Below, piece after piece: positions 1 to 12,049 of a stretch of 64,000 bases of DNA. How positions within the stretch are numbered: position 1 is the stretch's first letter; each line of letters starts with the position of its first letter. A program made the translations under genes and the position numbers. Location of the stretch: assembly GCA_964016885.1 (NCBI GenBank), contig OZ024744.1, positions 41,664,001-41,728,000 of the forward strand, in the 5' to 3' direction. The notes beneath the pieces were generated by a model. It saw nothing but the letters and a program-made list of their open reading frames with translations, ran no database searches and was not told the DNA's origin. This DNA is from Eledone cirrhosa (taxonomy: Eukaryota).

Positions 1-207
1 CACCCGTGCCTGCGCTGTCCGCCGCATCCCCGCCCTCACCTCACGCCATCCCCCCACTACCGTCTCCCTTTTTCTTTCACCTACCACACCGTCACCCTAA
101 CCCTCCAGTAGACCTCTCCACCTCCCCCGTCTTCACACTCCCACCCTCCCCTCCTTCAAGCATGCTCGCAACCTCCGCAACCTCCTCGTCCGTACATCCT
201 TACCCCT
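1..207 (+). mobile_element. Penelope-like element (Neptune-type) remnant, linker between RT and GIY-YIG
   Basis: Manual translation gives RLPFSFTYH and SFKHARNLRNLLVRTSLP, resembling the PLVLTYHP and RRPxNLRDxLVR motifs of PLEs; frameshifted. Confidence 0.4.
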
Positions 208-210
208 CGA

Positions 211-584
211 AATATCGAACAAAGGTACGCGATCAAATTTGGTGTGAAACTCAATATATCTGCTACCGAAACATTTAATTCTTTAACACAAGCTTGTGGA
301 GACGCCACTCTATCGAGAAGTAAGGTTTTTATGTGGCACAGCGGTTTTAATGAGGGCTGAGAATATATTGAAGACGAACCTTGTTCTGGAAGGCCAATCT
401 CGTCAACAAATTAACACAATGTGGAAGTGGTGCGACCAGTGATAGCGAAAGAATAATGTTAGGATGATTTCATCAGAAACGAGCTTGGATAAAAATGCAG
501 TTCACAGAATTTTAACAGACATGCGAAAAATGTGTGCAAAATTAGTGCCTAAACACTTATCTGTGAAACAAAAGCAAACCGAGT
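211..584 (+). pseudogene. mariner transposase, N-terminal HTH part (decayed)
   Basis: Manual translation NIEQRYAIKFGVKLNISATETF...LSRSKVFMWH..F.EG*EYIEDEPCSGRP...VHRILTD.MRKMCAKLVPKHLS (WVPK-like motif). Confidence 0.85.
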
Positions 585-669
585 GAACGGATTATACCCA
601 CGTGGATGAGGGATGGCTCGCTGAGTGAGCTATCAGAATTGCGGTAAGTGCAGTAGCTTTCTCATTACA
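585..669 (+). repeat. 5' LTR remnant (last ~85 bp only)
   Basis: GAACGGATTATACCCACGTGG...CTCATTACA matches 4491-4575 with few mismatches. Confidence 0.9.
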
Positions 670-795
670 AGCTATTTCGGCATCTGAAGACTTACAATTA
701 AAAAAAAAAAAAAGAGGAACAATTTTTTATTAAAGACAAAGCTACTGGATAACAGAGAGGATTCTGTTGTTTGTTACTTACCGCAAGACTAAGCA

Positions 796-1520
796 GATGG
801 CGACGAGATTACGGATGAGCGGAGAAGTAATTAGAGCTTTTAACGGTGAAGGTGACGTTGTCGCTTGGATGCGAAATGTTCGGCTGGTCGCTGAGCTACA
901 AAAGATAGACAATGTAGCGGGCCTCATTGCACTCTATCTCGAGGGCGACGCATTAGCATTGTACCTCGAGATGGACGACCTCAGCCAGAGGGACGCGCAA
1001 AAAATTGAGCGGCGTATGATGGAAGCGTTCGCGGAAGGACCGCTTACCACGTTTGCTAAGCTGGCAAGGATTAGGTGGAACGATGAGCGTGTGGATATTT
1101 TTGCAGCGGAGATAAAGCGATTGGCCATACTGGCTGGGTTTCAGGTGGAATGCGAACATGTGGTGCGGTTGGCGTTCATAAACGGATTTCCGGATGACAT
1201 CGCGGTGAAGCTGCAGCAAATACCTGGCCACAAGGAAATAGAGATGCGTGCACTGGTAGAGCAAGCCCGCATCATAGCAGAGGATGCCAAGAAGAGTATT
1301 GCGGCAATAGCAGCGACGAAGGCCCGGGGCGACCGACAGCGAAATGGCGAAAGGGAGACAAACACGACGCGCAGTCGCCCGCAAACGTTTAGAGGTCGTT
1401 GTTTTAGGTGCCAGGGCGCGCACATGGCGAGAGACTGTAGAGAGTCAAGGCCGGACATAATTTGCTACTGGTGTAAGCGGCCAGGTCACATCGCTTCAAG
1501 TTGCGACCAGGGAAATGGTC
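796..1520 (+). CDS. gag: Gypsy Gag
   Basis: ORF 767..1687; zinc knuckles CFRCQGAHMARDC and CYWCKRPGHIASSC; GGGAAAT slippery-like heptamer at 1510-1516 near the gag/pol junction. Confidence 0.85.
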
Positions 1521-1559
1521 CAAAGGGGGCTACTGCACCGGTAGCTGCGAGTAGAAGCG

Positions 1560-4323
1560 CTGCCCGTGGTGAAAGTCTTTGTGAGGGGAAAGCCATTACG
1601 AGCCCTCGTGTACACGGGCTGTACGACAACACAGTGACCACGGGCGGGGGGGGGGGGTGCAGAAGTGGAGAGGGAAGAGTAGCGTAAGGGCAGTCGACGG
1701 TAGAAAGATTGAATGTCGAGGTCGCCGCGAGGTGGAGATGGTGGTACGGGGAAAGAAAATAAGGTTTAGGCCATTGTGGTCGACTGCGTCGTGGATGGAA
1801 TCGGCGTAGTTATAGGCATGGACGCGTGACGTTTAACAGCGCCGCACCGGTGTGCGCTGTGAGTACGCGACAGGAGAACGAGAAGGCCCACGAGGAAAAA
1901 TATGCCGCTTACACTATACAAGATAAGGACTTCAAGGCCGTGTTCGACGGGCAACGATGGGTTGTTGAGTGGTACTGGAAGGGAGAACCACCAACACTGA
2001 AGGACAAAGTGGGCTGCTATCAACACACATTGAAAGGAGACACTAGGAGCGAGTTTGAGCGAGAGGTAGAGAGATGGATCGAGGAGAGCAACCTGCTTCC
2101 CTGGAAAAGGAGGTGAAGTGTGGGGTACTGACGTTAATGGCGGTGGCGTAACCCATGAAGAACAAGGTGAGACCGGTATTGGATTTTCGGGAGCTGAATG
2201 AGCACGTGTCGTGCCGCACGGGTGGCGAGGTCACGGATGTCTGCGGGGAAACCCTGCGTGAGTGGAGACGTATGACGGGGGCTTCCACAATCGTCGATTT
2301 AAAGTCGGCATATCTACAGCTACACGTGTAGGAGAAGCTGTAGTAGTATTAGCTGGTCAGGTATAAGGGCCGGACATATTGCCTGACCAGGCTCGGCTTC
2401 GGGCTGAACTCTGCACCGAAGATCATGGCGGCGGCCCTGCAGACCATTCTGGGAAAGGCCGACAAGATGAAGAGGGCTACCAATTCCTACATCGACGACA
2501 TCCTAGTGGACGAGACTGTAGTGTCGGCGGCGGAGGTCACGAGCCATTTACAAGGGAACGGATTGACTGCGAAGCCGTTGGAGGCGTTGGAGGGAGGAGT
2601 CGCGCTGGGACTTAGGCTACGAAGAAACAAGACGGGCACGTTAGTATTTCGGAGGAGAAATGAAGCTCCGGAACTGGGCCCAAATATGAATAAACAGGAA
2701 CTCTTCTCGGCGTGTGGAAAATTGGTGGGTCAGTACCCAATCGCTGGGTGGATCCGGACGGCAAGCAGCTATGTTAAGAGAGGAGCGGACGGGGTGACTT
2801 GGAGTCACAAAGTGGGAGAGAGGACGGTGGCTATGATGCAGGAGATCATGAGGAGGGTGAAGGCCGATGACCCGGTGCGAGGACGCTGGTATGTCCCCGA
2901 ATCGCTGAGCGGGACCGTATGGTGTGATGCCAGCAGCATAGTGCTAGGTGTGACTGGAGATAGGAGGTGTCGAGGTTGAGGATGCAGCCTGGCTCAGGAA
3001 GAAGGATGATTGCAACCACATCAATGTGGCCGAGCTGGACGCGGTGTTGAGAGGGGTGAACCTCGCTTTGAGGTGGGGACTGTGCACCATTGAGATTCGC
3101 ACCGACTCGCCCACTGTACTCGGATCGGTGAGATCAGTGCTTACCAGTGAGAAGAGAGTGCGAACGAGAGGGGCGGCAGAAATGCTGATAAATCGCCGCC
3201 TGGGAACTCTAGGAGAGCTGGCCACCGAGTTCAACCTGAGGTTGAGTGTAGTCTTCGTGCCCTCAGAGAAAAAGAGAGCAGACATCCTAACCAGGGTGAA
3301 GAAAGCCTAGATGGAAGCGCCGGAGGATGTAGAAGAGGGGATAGCTGCAGTATGTCGGCTGAGCGAATCGGAACTTAAAGGGTAGCATGACATGCACCAC
3401 ATGGGAGTGGATAGGACCCTGTTCCTAGCCAGGAGATTCGACTCCGACGTTAGCAGACAAAGTGTCAAGAGAGTGGTCAGAGGCTGCGTCCGATGTCAGT
3501 CTATCGATCCCGCCCCGGGTGTGCACGAGACGGGAAGTCTCCCAGTGGAACGCGACTGGAAGCGATTGGCGGTGGACGTAACACACTACCGACAGGGAAC
3601 ATACCTCTCGATGGTTGACTGTGGACCGGGACGGATGGCGATATTGGGGGAAATGAAGATGGGAACTGCGGAGGAATCACACGGACGTTGAGAGAGATAT
3701 TCTTGGAGTGAGGCCCTGTGGATGAACTGCTGATGGACAACAGCGCAGCGTTCCGCTCGGAGGCGCTGAGGGAGATGCTTGATGGGTGGAAGGTGGACCG
3801 CTACTTCAGAGCAGCATACAGGCCGAGCGGAAATGGAATCGTGGAACGACACCACCGCACAATCAAAGCAATGGCGGAGCGGAGGCACATCTCACCAATG
3901 GAGGTAGTGTTTTGGTACAACATGTCCCCTCGGGTGAGACAGGCTGAGGAATCGGTGCCACACAGAGCAATATACAGATACGAGTGGCAGCACCCGTCCA
4001 CCGTACCAGAACGGCCAGTGTAGAGAGAGAACGCATTTGTACAGGTGGGCGAAGAAGTCTGGGTTAAGTCCCCAGACGCACGTTGCACATCTCAATGGGG
4101 AAAGGGAACGGTAACGGCCGTAAATTCCCAGAATAACGTGTCCGTGGACGGAGTGCCACGTCATATCCTGGATGTCCGTAGAATCGTTGTGTCGACGGAC
4201 TCCGAGGAAGAGGAAATCCAAAGCGCCGCCCCAACATTACGGAGATCGCAACGAGATCGCCGACCGCCTAGCTGGAGGGTAGATTATCACATGCAGCAGT
4301 GTGAGGGGGAGATTGATCCTTGA
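1560..4323 (+). pseudogene. pol: Gypsy Pol (PR-RT-RH-IN), many stops and frameshifts
   Basis: ALVYTGC (degenerate DTG), VRPVLDFRELN, DLKSAYLQ, SYIDDILV, WCDAS, HHMGVDRT..C..C, LAVDVTH, MDNSAAF, SGNGIVERHHRTIK. Confidence 0.9.
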
Positions 4324-4336
4324 GATCAGGGGATGG

Positions 4337-4575
4337 TGTGGTGGTGTGGAGGAGGTGACCGGAAGCTGGGGACGCCTGACCGGAGGCGGAAGAGGAAGTG
4401 ACGTGAGATGCGTACTCAGCAACATCTGGGGGTTCTCTTTCGGCTGTGACCCGCGATGGACGGACGTGCGAATGCGAGCTGCAACTTGGCGAACAGATTA
4501 TACCCACGTGGATGAGGGATGGCTCGCTGAGTGGGCTAGCAGAATTGCGGTAAGTGCAGTTGCTTTCTCATTATA
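4337..4575 (+). repeat. 3' LTR (~239 bp)
   Basis: Begins TGTGGTG after GATCAGGGGATGG, ends CATTATA (5' copy ends CATTACA). Confidence 0.75.
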
Positions 4576-5357
4576 AGTGGTACAGGAAAAATTCTCCTCG
4601 GCCGAAGAAAGCACGCAGGGGTAGATCCAGCAGATCCACAAATAATTTTTACCTCCAGGTCAGACAGTTAATCGCAACTTCTACTAAGATGTCTTTGAAC
4701 CACTTCGAAAACAGGCCAAGTTAGTGCGAAAGGACATTGCAGGAGATTGGGTATAATACTACGATAACGCACCTACTCACACTGCACTTTTAATTAGTGA
4801 ATATCTGGTGAAAAAAAAATACCCCCAATCTTCCACATCCTCCTTACAGCCCAGATTTAGCTCCATGAGATTTCTACCTCTTCCCTAAGTTGAAATCGAA
4901 ATTAAAGGGTCAGTTTTGGGGGACTGTGGACAACATACAAACAAATTGTAAGCGACGAGCTAAGGACACTCACAGTAAATAACATCTGGTACTGCTACGA
5001 TCAATGGAAAAACATTGGAACCACTGTGTGACTTTCCAATGGTCATATTTTGAAGAAGATAACTTATAATTTCATATACGTCTAATATGGTATGATATGG
5101 TATGGAGCCGTAACTCCCAAGGGAGTCGTAGGAGTGCCATATTGGCTTACGGCGTTTCTTGGGCATTTAAAGCCTGGCAGAGCCCACCCTTCTCCAGGCC
5201 TGAGTACAGCAGATTTCTTCCGGAGAAGGATAGAAAGTGAGAGAGAGGAAATGAGAAAGAGATATAGAGAAAGAATCGACCCAGTACTAGACTGGTACGT
5301 CTAATATACATTTAAATAAAACATCAACACCCTTACTTTTGGGACAAACCTCGTGTA
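4576..5357 (+). mobile_element. mariner transposon 3' half with terminal inverted repeat
   Basis: WYRKNSPRPKKAR, PPGQTVN, YDNAPTH, LPHPPYSPDLAP*DFYLFPKLK; TIR-like end TTACTTTTGGGACAAACCTCGT(G)TA. Confidence 0.85.
5088..5295 (-). mobile_element. short retroposed insertion in the mariner 3' end
   Basis: 11-bp TSD TACGTCTAATA at 5077-5087 and 5296-5306; (TGGTA)n-like tail at the left end. Confidence 0.6.
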
Positions 5358-5494
5358 CATTTAAAGGTTGATCGCCTACATGGTCGCTGAACATGCTAGA
5401 AATAGCAGCCAAATGACACTAATTACCCTTTTCTTCAAACTGTTAATATTTGGATAATTTATGTAAATAAAACATTTTATAAACGAAGTTGAAC

Positions 5495-5612
5495 AATGTT
5501 TCTATTTTAGACACAAGGCCACCAAATTTGAGAAGGAGAAAGTTGATTATATTGACCAGTATTTGACTGGTACTTTATTTGATCGATTCCGAAAAGATGA
5601 AAGGCTAAGTAT
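5495..5612 (-). mobile_element. SINE fragment (same family as 9570, 53119, 58735)
   Basis: CACAAGGCC...ACTGGTACTTTATTT..ATCGA...GATGAAAGGC shared with the other copies. Confidence 0.7.
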
Positions 5613-5667
5613 TAAAAGTAGTCTATTTACACAAATCCTCTTACTAGGAAAAGGCTCTATCTATCTA

Positions 5668-5740
5668 TGTATGTAAAATCCCCGGCATGTGTTTTTGTAT
5701 TGTCCCCTTTTCTTGTACGCCCTTGTGGCTAATAAAGAAA
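5668..5740 (+). mobile_element. Tx1/L1 LINE 3' tail fragment within (TATC)n
   Basis: TGTATTGTCC...CCCTTGTGGCTAATAAAGAAA resembles the 3' ends of the other Tx1-like copies. Confidence 0.6.
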
Positions 5741-5761
5741 TATATCTATCTATCTATCTTT

Positions 5762-8700
5762 TCCTCAGGTCACAACGTATAGATGTGATGGTTATTTGCG
5801 AGGCCCGGATCAGCAACGTGCGACAGCTGGCCCCCACCTTTGATGACGTTGAGATGCACGCATCTCTCTGTCAGCCCGGAGGTGGGGGTAGGGTTGTCGT
5901 TCTGCTGCAAAAACATCTGGGTCTCGCAACACAGATGGTACATTTGGACCCGGAGGGTCGACTAGTGGTTCTGGACCTTGGCAGTGGTGAAGGCGGAGCG
6001 TTTAGGTTGGTAGCCGCCTACGGCCCTTTCGGGTCAATGCGGCCGGACTTCTTCCATCGTCTGGAGACTTTTCTAGGGACGTCCCGCTCCTTGCTATTAG
6101 TAGGGGACTGGAATGGTATCTTAGATGCACGCTGGGACTACGTAGGGGCCTGTCCCGATAGAGAGGCGTGTAATAGCCTCAAAGGGTTAATCGGTCGATT
6201 TGACCTGGCCGATAGATATCGACTAGATTTTCCGACTGCGCCAACCTGGACTTGGGCAAATCGTAGCGAATCATCTAGGTCGTACCTAGATAGGTTCTTA
6301 GTTAGAATTAAGGATAAGGAATTTTTAAGTTGTCCAAAAATGCGCATGGTTGGCTATTCAGACCACAAGTTAGTGACCTGCATGGTCAACCTTGACAGAA
6401 CGCATAGACAGGGACCCGGTTACTGGAAGCTCAACTTGTCCTTACCGGCAAGTAAGGCTTACAGGGACCGGATTAGCACTTTAGTTAAGGAGCGGTTGAC
6501 GGGTGCCATCGTCAACAGCAGGTGGTGGGGATCTCTCAAAAGAGAGATTAGAGTAGTCTCTATAGAATTTAGTAAGGAGTTAGCCTCAAATAGAAATAGG
6601 AAAGAAAGGGAGTTGGTAGATAGTGTAGAAGAGGCAATTAGAAGCGGCGGCGTGGCAAGAGTGCTAGCGTCGAGAACGGCCCTGGGCCAGTTCTTCAACG
6701 CGAAACACGAAGGCTGCATCGTCCGAAGCAAAATACATGCTCTGGGAAACGAAGGGACCAAAGCTGTTAGCTGGGCCCGCGTGACAGAAGCCAAAAGAGG
6801 GAGCAGATCCACTATCCGGTCTTTGCGAGACCAGGATGGACGGGTGATCCTTGAACCTAAGCAGATGCGCGAGGCTTTTCAAAAGCACTTTGCCGGATTG
6901 TTCGGAAGGGGCGGGGAGCCCGGTTGGGGATGTGGACTTCGGTCCATACCTCGACGGCCTGCCGCGTCTCTCGGACAGGGAGGCGAAGTCCTGTGAGGAG
7001 CCGATTTCAGCCGCTGAGATAGAGGACGTGCTGAGCCAATGCGGCAAACGCAAATCCCCGGGTCTCGATGGTCTTCCATACGAACTATATCTAGCTATGC
7101 CGAACTTGTTCCCCGATCTCCTCGAGGCGGTCTACTGCAATTGGCAACAGAACGGGAGAATTCCCTGTGCTGTGACCAAGGGCGTAGTCACGCTAGTGAG
7201 GAAGGACGAGAACAAGGGGGACGATATAAATAATTTCAGGCCCATAACTCTGCTAAATACAGAGTTACAGATTTTGGCCAAGGTGCTAGCAAAGAGGTTG
7301 GCGCTTGTCGTGGGCAACCTGGTGGGAGATGCGCAGACATGTGCTATCCCGTCCAGGTCCATCCACGACAACCTCCACCTCATGCGATACATCATAGAGA
7401 GGGTTGGGAACGAACCCTGTTTTGGTGGGGCCCTGATCAACTTGGATCAATCTAAGGCGTTCGATAGGGTCGACCATGGTTACCTGGATGCGGTGGTAGC
7501 GGCGGCAGGCTTCGGACCCGTTTTCAGGGGCTGGATCAATGCCATGCACAGCAGCCGCATCTGCTCTAGGGTCAAGGTGAACGGCTACCTCTCGGAGCCG
7601 TTCGAAATCGCGCGGTCCATCCGACAAGGGTGCCTTCTCTCCTCCGTTCTGTATGTAATGACTTTAGAGCCACTGCTGCGGAAGTTGAAGTTGTTGCAGG
7701 GCATCCAGTTGGAACCTGGATTGCGGAAAGCGGTGTCGGCATACGCCGACGACGTAACAGTAATGGTGTCGACGGCCTCGGAAATCGGAGCGATCGGCAC
7801 CTTACTGGAGGAGTACGAAAGGTTTACAGGGGCTAAGCTGAACCGGGAAAAGTCGATCGGTCTGCAACTCGGCACGTGGAGGGGCAGATCGAAGCCCTCC
7901 GATGGTGTCGTCGGGCGCTGGACGGAGGGCCCGGTGAAGTTGCTCGGGGTCTGGTTCGGACCAGACCTCCAGGTGGAGAAGAACTGGGGTGAGGTAACGA
8001 ACAGGGTGTTTGCACTGACCCAGAAGTGGGCCGAGTGCAAACTGTCCCTGAAAGGTCGGGCGGAGGTGGCGAACACTTATATAGCGTCCGTCATCTACTA
8101 CCGCCTGACCGTTGTGCCTTGCCTAAGGGAAACACTCGCCAAAATGGAGCGCGAATTCTTCCAATTCCTTTGGAAGAAGCGGGCTCCTATGGTGAGGAGA
8201 TCCATCTGCTGTCAACACCCTTCGAAAGGAGGGCTGGGGATGCCGTGGCTAATGATACGTAAACACGCATTAAGGCTACGGCACCTCCAGGTATTCCTCA
8301 CAGGTCAACCGGTGTGGGCCCCGTTTGTGAGCGAGCCTTTCCCAGACTCGTCTCACTCGCCGAGCTGCAATCCTGGGTCAAGCAAAGACCGAGAAAACTG
8401 GGCGCCTAGCAAACCGAGTGTGCCCAGGCGCTCACGGCTCTGGCAGGCGGACCCGGCTGTCAGTGGAGAATCCACCTCGTCATTCTATAGAGGGCTGGTG
8501 GTTAGCAGGTGCGACGACGCCCTCGGAGAAGCCCTAACCATGGAGGAAGACGAACTGGCCAACCTGTTCGGTAGGACATTCAGCCCGGGACCCATGGATA
8601 ACTTCCAGAGGTCCCTGGCCTGGCAGTGCTACAGAAGGGCTCTGTCCGTTCGAGAAAGGCTCTACAGACACGGGCGCCCGGGTAGGGTCCCCTCGTAAAA

Positions 8701-9386
8701 GATCTGTCCCAGATGCGTATGCGACGAGGAAACCGTTGCACACGCATTGGTACACTGCTCGGGCATTGCCGATCTGTGGGGCTATGTCGAACAACTGCTG
8801 TCAAGGGTGGGACCGATCCGGTTGACCACCGAGTCTATTGTAACGATCAAGCCGCCTCCCCTCTTCAAAAACGAAGGAGAGGCGGTGTTTCTGTGCGTAA
8901 TAGCCATGACGAAAGAGGTTGTATGGTGGACGCGTCTGAAAGGACTGAGGTCAGACACCTTTCTCTCTGGCCAACAACTGGTCCGTTTCTTCCGATATCA
9001 TTTCGGAAGAAGGATCAGGATGGAGAGTGAGGTGCTGCACCCCAGCCGTTTTTATGAAAGATGGGTGAAAGTGGCGAGAATGGCCCGTGTGAATGGGCCT
9101 TCACTCTACATCAGACTATAGGTGAGGAAGATGAAAGACCAAGGGCGCACCCCTTCTCTGTGCTCCTGAGGAGAAGGGTTGCACACTTTTTTTCGGGGGG
9201 GTGTGTGACCCCCCAAGGCGCCTCCTCTCTATTGAGGATTTTGTTATAAATTTTATCTTGTTATATTTTATTTTATTTTTATATTTTGTTATTGCCTCCT
9301 CCTTATTGAGGATGCCTTGTTATGTAAACTCCCCCCATTGTACTTGTCCCACTTTTTGATGCCCTGGTGGCAAATAAAAAGAAAAT
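5762..9386 (+). mobile_element. Tx1/L1-clade LINE family A, 5'-truncated, ORF2 frameshifted
   Basis: APE (GDWN, YLDR, SDH), RT (SPGLDG, FRPITLLN, DQSKAFD, RQGC, YADD), C-terminal CPRC..H...C; AATAAA; TSD TATCTATCTTT at 5751-5761 and 9387-9397. Confidence 0.93.
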
Positions 9387-9569
9387 TATCTATCTTTCTT
9401 TCTTTCTTTTTTCTTTCTTTTTTCTTCCTTCTCTATTTATATCATTAACGCTACGTAGACATCGTTTAATTCAACTACAAATGATTTTTGTATTTTTTTT
9501 TTAGACTCTCCACCTCTCTTTATTTCTCTTTCGTTCTATGTTCATATCCAAGGTGCTACCATGCAACAT

Positions 9570-9760
9570 TATTTCTACTTTTGGCACAAGGCCAGCAATT
9601 ATTTCAGTGCATTACTGGTACTTTATTTTATCGACCCCGTAAGGATGAAAGGCAAAGTAATCTCGGCGGAATTTGAACTCAGACCATAAAGGGCCGTAAC
9701 TCTATGCTGCAAAGCATGGCATCCGACTCTCTACCAATACTGCCAATCCACCTCCCTTTA
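9570..9760 (-). mobile_element. tRNA-derived SINE
   Basis: Minus-strand A-box TGGCAGTATTGG and B-box GAGTTCAAATTCC; further copies at 53119, 58368 and 58735. Confidence 0.8.
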
Positions 9761-9941
9761 TAACATACAGTATTACAAAAGGTAAATACAAAAGAAGAGA
9801 AAGGTCCGAACACAGAAGAGCCGAACTCTCACTGTCACGTGATGTTTTCCTGCTGGTTATCTTGTCTTTTCTTTTTCATCTCTGCCACATATCCAATGTC
9901 CACCTGACTGTTCTGTTCCTTACTCTCTCTCTTTCTCTCTT

Positions 9942-9988
9942 TTCTTCTTCTTCTTCTTCTTCTTCTTCTTCTTCTTCTTCTTCTTCTT
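9942..9988. repeat. (TCT)n microsatellite
   Basis: Directly visible. Confidence 0.95.
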
Positions 9989-10515
9989 TGTTTTCCATAG
10001 TTATTGTCCCAACAAACACCTACTGCTATAATTTTAAGAATTACCTATTAAGAATTACCATGGTCAGACTTTAAACTCTTGTCTTAATTTTAGATTTTAG
10101 ATCGTTTAGATCCCAATATTCAGTTATTGCACCACTTTTTTAGTCGTATGGCGTTGTTTTCCCCAATTAGATTGAAACACCCTAGTATTCTCAGTTGTAG
10201 TCTGGCTTCATAAATTACTCGATTCCCGTGTTGTATATTGCACTATTCACACCACAGAAATGGAGTGTTGGTATGGGAAGGTGTTGAAATCATAATTGTA
10301 TTCTGTAGATAGCTATAGACGGGTTATGGCGTGTTCGTGTCCGTATACTATCGAATTTTCACCGTCTACTTTCTCATCCTACTCTCAGTTTTCTTTCATA
10401 TACGTATGTGTAATGTGTGTATATATGTGTACGTGCGTACGCGTGTGTGTTATTTGAATTGATTGTTTTTGTGTGTGTATGTGTGTATGTACATGTATAG
10501 GAACATATAGATATG

Positions 10516-11613
10516 TTTCTTTTATTTGCCACAAGGGCATCAAAAGTGGGACAAGTACAATGGGGGGAGTTTACAAAACAAGGCGTCCTCAATAGGGAGG
10601 AGGCAATAACAATATATAAAAATAAAATAAAATATAACAAAAAATAGAATTATAACAAAATCCTCAATAGAGAATTTTGTTATAAAATATAACAAAAAAT
10701 AAAATTTATAACAAAATCCTCAATAGAGAGGAGGCGCCTTGGGGGGTCGCACACACCCCCGAAAAAAGTGTGAAACCCTTTTCCTCAGGAGCACAGAGAG
10801 GGGGTGCTCCCTCGTTCCTTCCTCTTTTCCATCTACAGGCTCATGTAAAGAGAAGGCCCATTCACACGGGCCATTCTCGCCACTTTCACCCACCTTTCAT
10901 AAAAATGACTGGGGTGCAGCACCTCTCTCTCCATCCTGATCCTTCTTCCGAAATGATATCGGAAGAAACGGACCAGTTGTTGGCCAGAGAGAAAGGTGCC
11001 TGACCTCAGTCCTTTCAGACGCGTCCACCATACAACCTCTTTCGCCATGGCTATTACGCACAGAAACACCGCCTCTGCTTCATCTTTGAAGGGGGGAGGC
11101 GGCTTGATCATTACAATAAACTCGGTGGTCAACCAGATCGGTCCCACCCTTGACAGCAGTTGTTCGACATAGCCCCACAGATCGGCTACGCCCGAGCAGT
11201 GTACCAATGCGTGTGCAACGGTTTCCTCGTCGCACACGCATCTGGGACAGATCTTTTTGGCGGGGTCCCTACCCGGGCGCCCGTGTCTGTAGAGCCTTTC
11301 TCGAACGGGTAAAGCTCCTCGGTAGCACTGCCAGGCCAGGGACTTCTGGAAGTTGTCCATAGGTCCCGGGCTGAATGTCCTACCGAACAGGCTGGCCAGT
11401 TCGTCCTCCTCCATGTCTAGGGCTTCTCCGAGGGCGTCGTCGCACCTGCTGCGTACCAGCCCTCTATAGAATGTTGCGGTGGAGTCTCCACTGATAACCG
11501 GATCCGCCTGCCAGAGGGCGGTGAGCGCCTGGGCACACTCAGTGTGCCAGGCGCCCAGTTTTCTCGGTCTTTGCTTGACCCAGGATTGCAGCTCGGTGAG
11601 TGAGACGAGTCTG
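10516..11613 (-). mobile_element. Tx1/L1 family A 3' fragment
   Basis: ORF 10833..11618 is nearly identical to the ORF2 C-terminus at 8350-9121; same 3'UTR and AATAAA. Confidence 0.92.
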
Positions 11614-12049
11614 AACACAATAGATCTAGCTATTATCGTCTTTTTCTGTAGGCTAAACTGATGAGAATCAAATAATCACCCTTTGTTTCGAGAGCCGCTC
11701 GATTGCCGCTAACATTTGTAGTGAAAGGTGTTGAACCTATCACTGCAAACCGTACGTGTAATACTACTGTTTACAAGCGCTTGTTTCAATTAAATATGAT
11801 TGACAAAACACAGTCACTTTGTGTGCTTCGTTAATAAGTCTAGATTGTTAACCGTCCTCTGACGGGCAAGTTTTAGAATATATTTTTTGTCACCGTTGGT
11901 AGCGGTGGGTATATAAAGGAAAGATATAAGAATAAATAAATAAATATATAAAAAAAAACAATAAAAATTAATAAATGAATTCACTATGTCTCCATTTGAC
12001 TAAAACGATTCATGAGAAAAGGGAATATATATTTCCATATATGTATATT

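Larger units (their letters stand above)
585..4575 (+). mobile_element. Ty3/Gypsy LTR retrotransposon, decayed, 5' LTR truncated
   Basis: Domain order gag (2 zinc knuckles), protease, RT (YIDD), RNase H, integrase; matching LTR sequence at both ends; purine tract before the 3' LTR. Confidence 0.92.
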
